Assembly (NCBI GenBank): GCA_964471955.1
Contig: CAYYIK010000007.1
Span: 2,729 to 66,728 of the forward strand
DNA: 64,000 nt
From: an uncultured Thermoanaerobaculia bacterium
GTDB lineage: Bacteria > Acidobacteriota > Thermoanaerobaculia > Multivoradales > JAGPDF01
Direction: 5' to 3'
The position numbers were made by a program, and so were the translations under genes. The notes below the pieces were generated by a model. That model saw only the letters and a list, made by a program, of their open reading frames with translations, was not told where the DNA came from and searched no databases. Of the stretch, positions 60,260 through 64,000 are shown in pieces; positions within the stretch are counted from its first letter, which is position 1, and the number at the start of each line of letters is the position of its first letter.

Positions 60260-63109
60260 TCAGCGCGGCAGGCGGGCCAGCAGCGGATCGTGGTCGCTGG
60301 CGCGCTCGGCGTCGGGGCAGTCGGAGTCGAGGTGCACCGCTTCGATGCGTGCTCCGCGCGCCAGCGACGGCGACACGAGGAGATGATCGATCGCCGCCGA
60401 GCCCCCTTCGAAGGAGAAGGTGTAGCGCTCCTCGGGCGCCAGGCGCAGGACCAGGTTCTCGAGCGGCGGCCGGCCGATCTCGCGCATCGGTTCGCTGCCC
60501 GCGACATCGTTGAAGTCGCCGATGACGATCAGCCGCGCCGTCGGATCGGCGGCGAGACGCGACATCGCGAAAGCGCGTACCTCGCGCGCCTGGGCGAGGC
60601 GGCGCGCCGCGGTCGGCCGGCGTGGCGGCTGGACAGCGCCGAAGGCGCGGTCGTCCTCGTACTTCGAGGACCAGTGGTTGACCACGACGACGACCGGCCG
60701 CCAGCGACGGAAAAAGCGGCGCCCGGTCGGCACCTCGACCTCCACCACCAGAGAGCGACGCACCCCCTCACCGTCGGCCCCAGAAGGCGCGAATGCGGCC
60801 GATGCCGGCGCGAGCCGGGCCGGGTTGACCTCCAGCCGTCCGTCGGCGCCGAAGCGCGCCTCGGTCCTCGCATCGGGCTGGCCGCGCGGTGCGAAGCGGA
60901 CGCGCGCCGGATCGAGCAGCAGAGCGACCCGGATGTTGCCCCCCGGCTGCCCCCCCTCGCGGTCGGCTTCGGGGTCGATCTGCACGGCCCGATAGGTCGG
61001 CCCGCCGGCCCGCTCGATCGCCGCTACGAGCTTCGCCAGCGTCCCTTCGGCGGAGACGACAGCGTCGCCGCCGCGCGGACCGGAGTCGTCCTGAACCTCC
61101 TGCAGCGCCACCAGCTCGGGCGCTCCGAGGCCGCGCACGATCCGCGCCGCGAGGCGCTCGAAGCGGTCCTCGTCGTCGGCCGCCGAGAGGTTGTAGAGGT
61201 TGTACGACGCGATGGCGAAGCGCCCCGGCTCGTTCTCCGAGCGCGCCGGGCGCGAGCAGGGGGCGCCCGACGGGAGAATCTCCGGCGGCGCGAGCGGCTG
61301 CAGGCGGTAGTTGGAGAAGGCGTAGTCGACGATTCCGGTAAGCGGTCCGGCCACCCGGTCGCCCACCGCGGCGCGCGGCATGCCGCCCGCCAGGCGTCCG
61401 GAGACGAAGACGCGCGCCAGCGGGCCGCCGCCATCGCGCAGCGCCAGGGCCCCCCCGGCCGCCGACGCACCACTCGACGGCACCCCTTCGGGCAGGACGA
61501 CGATCTCGCCGAACGAGCGGGTGGCGCCGGCCACCACGCTCTCGGGCAGCGTGGCGCGCATCCCCTCGAGGCTCTCCCAGAAATCGATCGCGTCTTCGCC
61601 CGGCTGAAAGAGCGCCAGCGCGTCGTCGTCGACCTGCGGCGGGATCTCGAGCTCATACCAGAGCAGCGGCGGCTCGGGCAGCGCCGCGCCCGCCGGCACG
61701 AATTCGAACGCCGCCAGCTCGAGCGTCGTCACGCTCAGCTGGTCGCGCCCGGGGACCCGCTCGAGGAGCCGGCCGCCGACCCGCACTGTCGCGCCGACCG
61801 CGACGCCGTCCAGCCGCGCGGCCGCGACGAAGAGCCCCTCGGAGGTCCGCGGGTCGCCGTCCGGCCGCGTCGACTCGATCCAGAAGCCGCGATCGCGCGG
61901 GCGATCGACCCGCGCGGTCACCGTCCCCTCGATTCCCGTCACCCAGCGTCCGGCCAGCGGCGAATGGTGACCGGCGCCCTGCAGGTCGGCGATCGTCAAC
62001 GGCGAGAAGTCGACCGCGAAGGCGAGGACCTGGGTCACCTGCTCGGCGGGCGAGAAGTTGTCGTCCGACACGACGACCAGCGAGCTGCGGCCGTCCGGCA
62101 GCCGAGGTCCGAAAGCGATCCCTTCGAGGTTGTCCAACCGCAGGCCGAGGCCGGCGAAGTCGAGCAGCAGGAGTTTGCCGGCGGCGCGCGGCGGCGGCTC
62201 GGGCAGGCGGTCGAAGTCGGCCACCGGCGCGGCGCCGGCGAGGTCGACGAGGAAGAGCCTCGCTTCGACCCCCACCCCTTCGACGTACTGCCGCTCGAGC
62301 GCCAGCAGACGGCTGGGCGAGAGCGCCAGCAGATCGACCAGGCCGTTGACCCGGAAGGCCCCCTCGCCCGGCGGCGTGCCGCGGATCGGCTCGACCGCGA
62401 GGACGAACTCTTCCGGCGGCGCCTCCGGTGCGGTGAGGTTCCAGCGCAGCAGGCGCGCCGAGGCGGCGACCCCGAAGTCGGCCTCCGGTCCGTCCTGGGC
62501 CAGCGCCGACTCGGTGGCCCCGAACAGGAATCGGCCGTCGGGCGAGCGCGCCAGACTCTCGAAACCGAGGTTCTCGCGCACGCCGCGACTCCCCCGGTCG
62601 TCGGGCAGGAAGCGGTCGCGCAGGGGCAGATCGCGACGCCAGCGACCGCCGCGATCGAACTCGGCGACGAACGGCGCCAGGCCGACCTTGGCCTCCCCCT
62701 CCGAGCCGACGAAGAGGGCGTCCGGCGCGAGGGCGAAGCCCTCCGGATCGAGGCTTCGGGGGGGGAACGGCCGGCCCAGCCGGTCGGCGAGGGGGATCTG
62801 GCCGACGACCGACACCCCATCCGGAGGGAGCCGGCCGGAGGTCAGGTCGACGCGCAGCCGCATCACCCGCGCCGGACCGTGGACGCTGCGGTCGTCGCTC
62901 ATCGCCAGGAACTCGCCGCTCGCCGGATCGAACGAGAGCGAGGAGAGACCGCCCACCGGAACCCCGTCGAACGTCGTGCCGCGCGGCAGCTCCGCGGCGC
63001 CGATCCACTCGAACGAAGTCGGGACGGCGATTTCGGCGGCGGCGGCTGCGGCGGCGAAGAGAGAGAGGATCGCCGCGAGGGCGAAGCGCGGCGGCGGGCG
63101 ATCGGGCAT
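60260..63109 (-). CDS. Secreted multidomain nuclease/phosphatase: N-terminal phytase-like (esterase-like) beta-propeller plus an ExeM/NucH-like extracellular endonuclease (EEP fold)
   Basis: 949 aa. Signal peptide FALAAILSLFAAAAAAA. GGLSSLSFDPASGEFLAMSDD marks the phytase-like part. IADLQGAGHHSPLAGRWVTGIEGTVTA...GFWIES marks an ExeM/NucH-type OB-like module. The C-terminal EEP motifs are ASYNLYNL, LVALQEVQD, VVNHWSSK, GDFND and ASDHDPLLARL. Confidence 0.82.
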   Translation of the reverse strand: MPDRPPPRFALAAILSLFAAAAAAAEIAVPTSFEWIGAAELPRGTTFDGVPVGGLSSLSFDPASGEFLAMSDDRSVHGPARVMRLRVDLTSGRLPPDGVSVVGQIPLADRLGRPFPPRSLDPEGFALAPDALFVGSEGEAKVGLAPFVAEFDRGGRWRRDLPLRDRFLPDDRGSRGVRENLGFESLARSPDGRFLFGATESALAQDGPEADFGVAASARLLRWNLTAPEAPPEEFVLAVEPIRGTPPGEGAFRVNGLVDLLALSPSRLLALERQYVEGVGVEARLFLVDLAGAAPVADFDRLPEPPPRAAGKLLLLDFAGLGLRLDNLEGIAFGPRLPDGRSSLVVVSDDNFSPAEQVTQVLAFAVDFSPLTIADLQGAGHHSPLAGRWVTGIEGTVTARVDRPRDRGFWIESTRPDGDPRTSEGLFVAAARLDGVAVGATVRVGGRLLERVPGRDQLSVTTLELAAFEFVPAGAALPEPPLLWYELEIPPQVDDDALALFQPGEDAIDFWESLEGMRATLPESVVAGATRSFGEIVVLPEGVPSSGASAAGGALALRDGGGPLARVFVSGRLAGGMPRAAVGDRVAGPLTGIVDYAFSNYRLQPLAPPEILPSGAPCSRPARSENEPGRFAIASYNLYNLSAADDEDRFERLAARIVRGLGAPELVALQEVQDDSGPRGGDAVVSAEGTLAKLVAAIERAGGPTYRAVQIDPEADREGGQPGGNIRVALLLDPARVRFAPRGQPDARTEARFGADGRLEVNPARLAPASAAFAPSGADGEGVRRSLVVEVEVPTGRRFFRRWRPVVVVVNHWSSKYEDDRAFGAVQPPRRPTAARRLAQAREVRAFAMSRLAADPTARLIVIGDFNDVAGSEPMREIGRPPLENLVLRLAPEERYTFSFEGGSAAIDHLLVSPSLARGARIEAVHLDSDCPDAERASDHDPLLARLPR

Positions 63110-63193
63110 CGGGCTCGGGCTCCTGGGCGGTGACGGGCGAGTTTATCCGAGGGCCGGGCAACCCGCCCCCCCGCTCGCCCGTAAAATGTCGCA

Positions 63194-64000
63194 GTGAGTC
63201 ACTCGAAGCGCCGCCGCAGCGCCCGCCGCCCCGACCTGCTCCGGCGCTCGAAAGAGGCGCTGTCGCGCTACGCCGAGGGGTTCGATCCGTCGACGCTCGG
63301 GCGCTACGTCGAGCGCGACGCGCCGCGCGTCTACTCGGTGCTGCTGCGCGAGCGCGCCGGCGAGGCCGAGGGGCGCAAGGGCGCCGACCGGTTCTTCCTC
63401 GTCGTCCGCCTCCTCTTCCAGTCGATCTCCGAGAAGCTCTCACCGCCGCGGCGGCTGATCTTCCTGCTCTCCCTCGCGGCCGCGGCGCTGGCGATGATCG
63501 ACATCCGCTTCACCTGGAACGAAGCGAACTTCGAGTTCTCGCCCGGGTCGACCCTCTACGTGGTCGCGATCGCCGGCCTGCTCTACCTGCTGGCCGGCGA
63601 GCTGGTCGAACGCGTGCTGGTGCGCGACGAGCTGCAGGTGGCGCGACAGATTCAGCAGGAGCTGCTGCCGCGCACGCCGCCGATCCTCACCGGCTGGGCG
63701 GTGGCCCACTCCTGGCGCACCGCGGCGGAGATCGGTGGCGACTATCATCACTTCCAGACCCTGCCCGATGGCCGCCTGGCGATCGTCGTCGCCGACGCCT
63801 CCGGCCACGGCATGGCGGCCGGCCTGCTGATGGCGATCGCCGACACGACGCTGCGCATCGGCCTCGAGCAGGATCCGACGCCGGCGACGGTCGCCGATCT
63901 GCTCCACCGCGCCCTGCACCGGGCCGGCAACCGGCGCAGCTTCCTCACCCTCTTCTACGGCCGGCTCGACCCGGCCAGCGGGGAGCTCGACTACGTCTGC
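63194..64000 (+). CDS. PP2C/SpoIIE-family serine phosphatase (RsbU-like), 5' partial, runs off the window end
   Basis: Not in the ORF track because there is no stop in the window. GTG at 63194, and the frame stays open to 64000. Two hydrophobic helices are followed by ARQIQQELLP...AAEIGGDYHHF...LAIVVADASGHGMAAGLLMA, the classical SpoIIE/PP2C signature. Confidence 0.85.
   Translation, partial: MSHSKRRRSARRPDLLRRSKEALSRYAEGFDPSTLGRYVERDAPRVYSVLLRERAGEAEGRKGADRFFLVVRLLFQSISEKLSPPRRLIFLLSLAAAALAMIDIRFTWNEANFEFSPGSTLYVVAIAGLLYLLAGELVERVLVRDELQVARQIQQELLPRTPPILTGWAVAHSWRTAAEIGGDYHHFQTLPDGRLAIVVADASGHGMAAGLLMAIADTTLRIGLEQDPTPATVADLLHRALHRAGNRRSFLTLFYGRLDPASGELDYVC

Noticed and set aside
16078-63133. 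Other long antisense or overlapping ORFs in the track (for example 16078..17751 -, 17892..20018 -, 22266..24560 +, 31591..34455 +, 39588..41186 -, 41105..42721 -, 43047..44840 +, 45215..46432 -, 60245..63133 +)
   Set aside because: Each lies opposite a gene with clear family motifs. All are Arg/Gly/Pro/Ala-rich without recognisable motifs. High GC suppresses stop codons in non-coding frames.

Overview
About 64 kb of a very GC-rich bacterial chromosome. GC is roughly 70-75% by eye and was not computed; hand-counted 60-nt lines range from 48% to 87%. Coding is dense: I support 53 protein-coding genes. I saw no rRNA, tRNA or CRISPR array, and no transposase or integrase. GTG and TTG starts and 1-4 nt start/stop overlaps (ATGA, GTGA, TTGA) are common. 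The phylum is uncertain; an ECF sigma factor fused in an operon with a Ser/Thr kinase, FG-GAP and DUF11 surface proteins, and the GC content fit Acidobacteriota-like or Myxococcota-like lineages.

Gene content, in order:
- A membrane protein plus a patatin lipase.
- A TetR regulator, followed by a three-subunit xanthine-dehydrogenase-family molybdoenzyme. Its FAD subunit carries the extra Cys loop typical of 4-hydroxybenzoyl-CoA-reductase-type enzymes.
- Several secreted peptidases (M16, M1, S9, S8) and other secreted proteins.
- ETF-ubiquinone oxidoreductase.
- An ECF sigma / Ser-Thr kinase pair.
- A PLD-family lipoprotein.
- The conserved yceD-rpmF-plsX-fabD-fabG-acpP-fabF cluster, without fabH.
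- A two-armed exopolysaccharide locus: five GT4-type glycosyltransferases, a priming sugar transferase and a sulfatase-like lipoprotein.
- cstA, nhaC and an S1-domain protein.
- A tightly coupled ~11.5 kb operon of unknown function, described below.
- A CBM-like secreted protein, an ExeM/NucH-like extracellular nuclease, and a partial PP2C phosphatase.

Most interesting observations:
1. The nine-gene minus-strand operon at 47954-59468. It encodes a DUF11-repeat protein, a 1713-aa beta-helix giant, three tandem tail-collar (MdpB-like) paralogues, a methyltransferase, a Tat-signal protein and a GNAT. No other phage genes are nearby.
2. A conserved ~19-aa extreme C-terminal motif ([LI]F-x-[DE]-[DG]-F-E-x-G-[DA]-x3-W-[ST]) on five different signal-peptide proteins in the window.
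3. Several non-coding repeat structures: a MITE-like 359-bp element with 21-bp terminal inverted repeats and a 13-bp flanking direct repeat, a related repeat-rich 405-bp spacer that splits the molybdoenzyme operon, and a 36-bp AT-rich direct repeat.
4. A 44-nt hairpin that abuts the ECF sigma start codon.

All calls come from reading the sequence and the ORF track. No database search was run.
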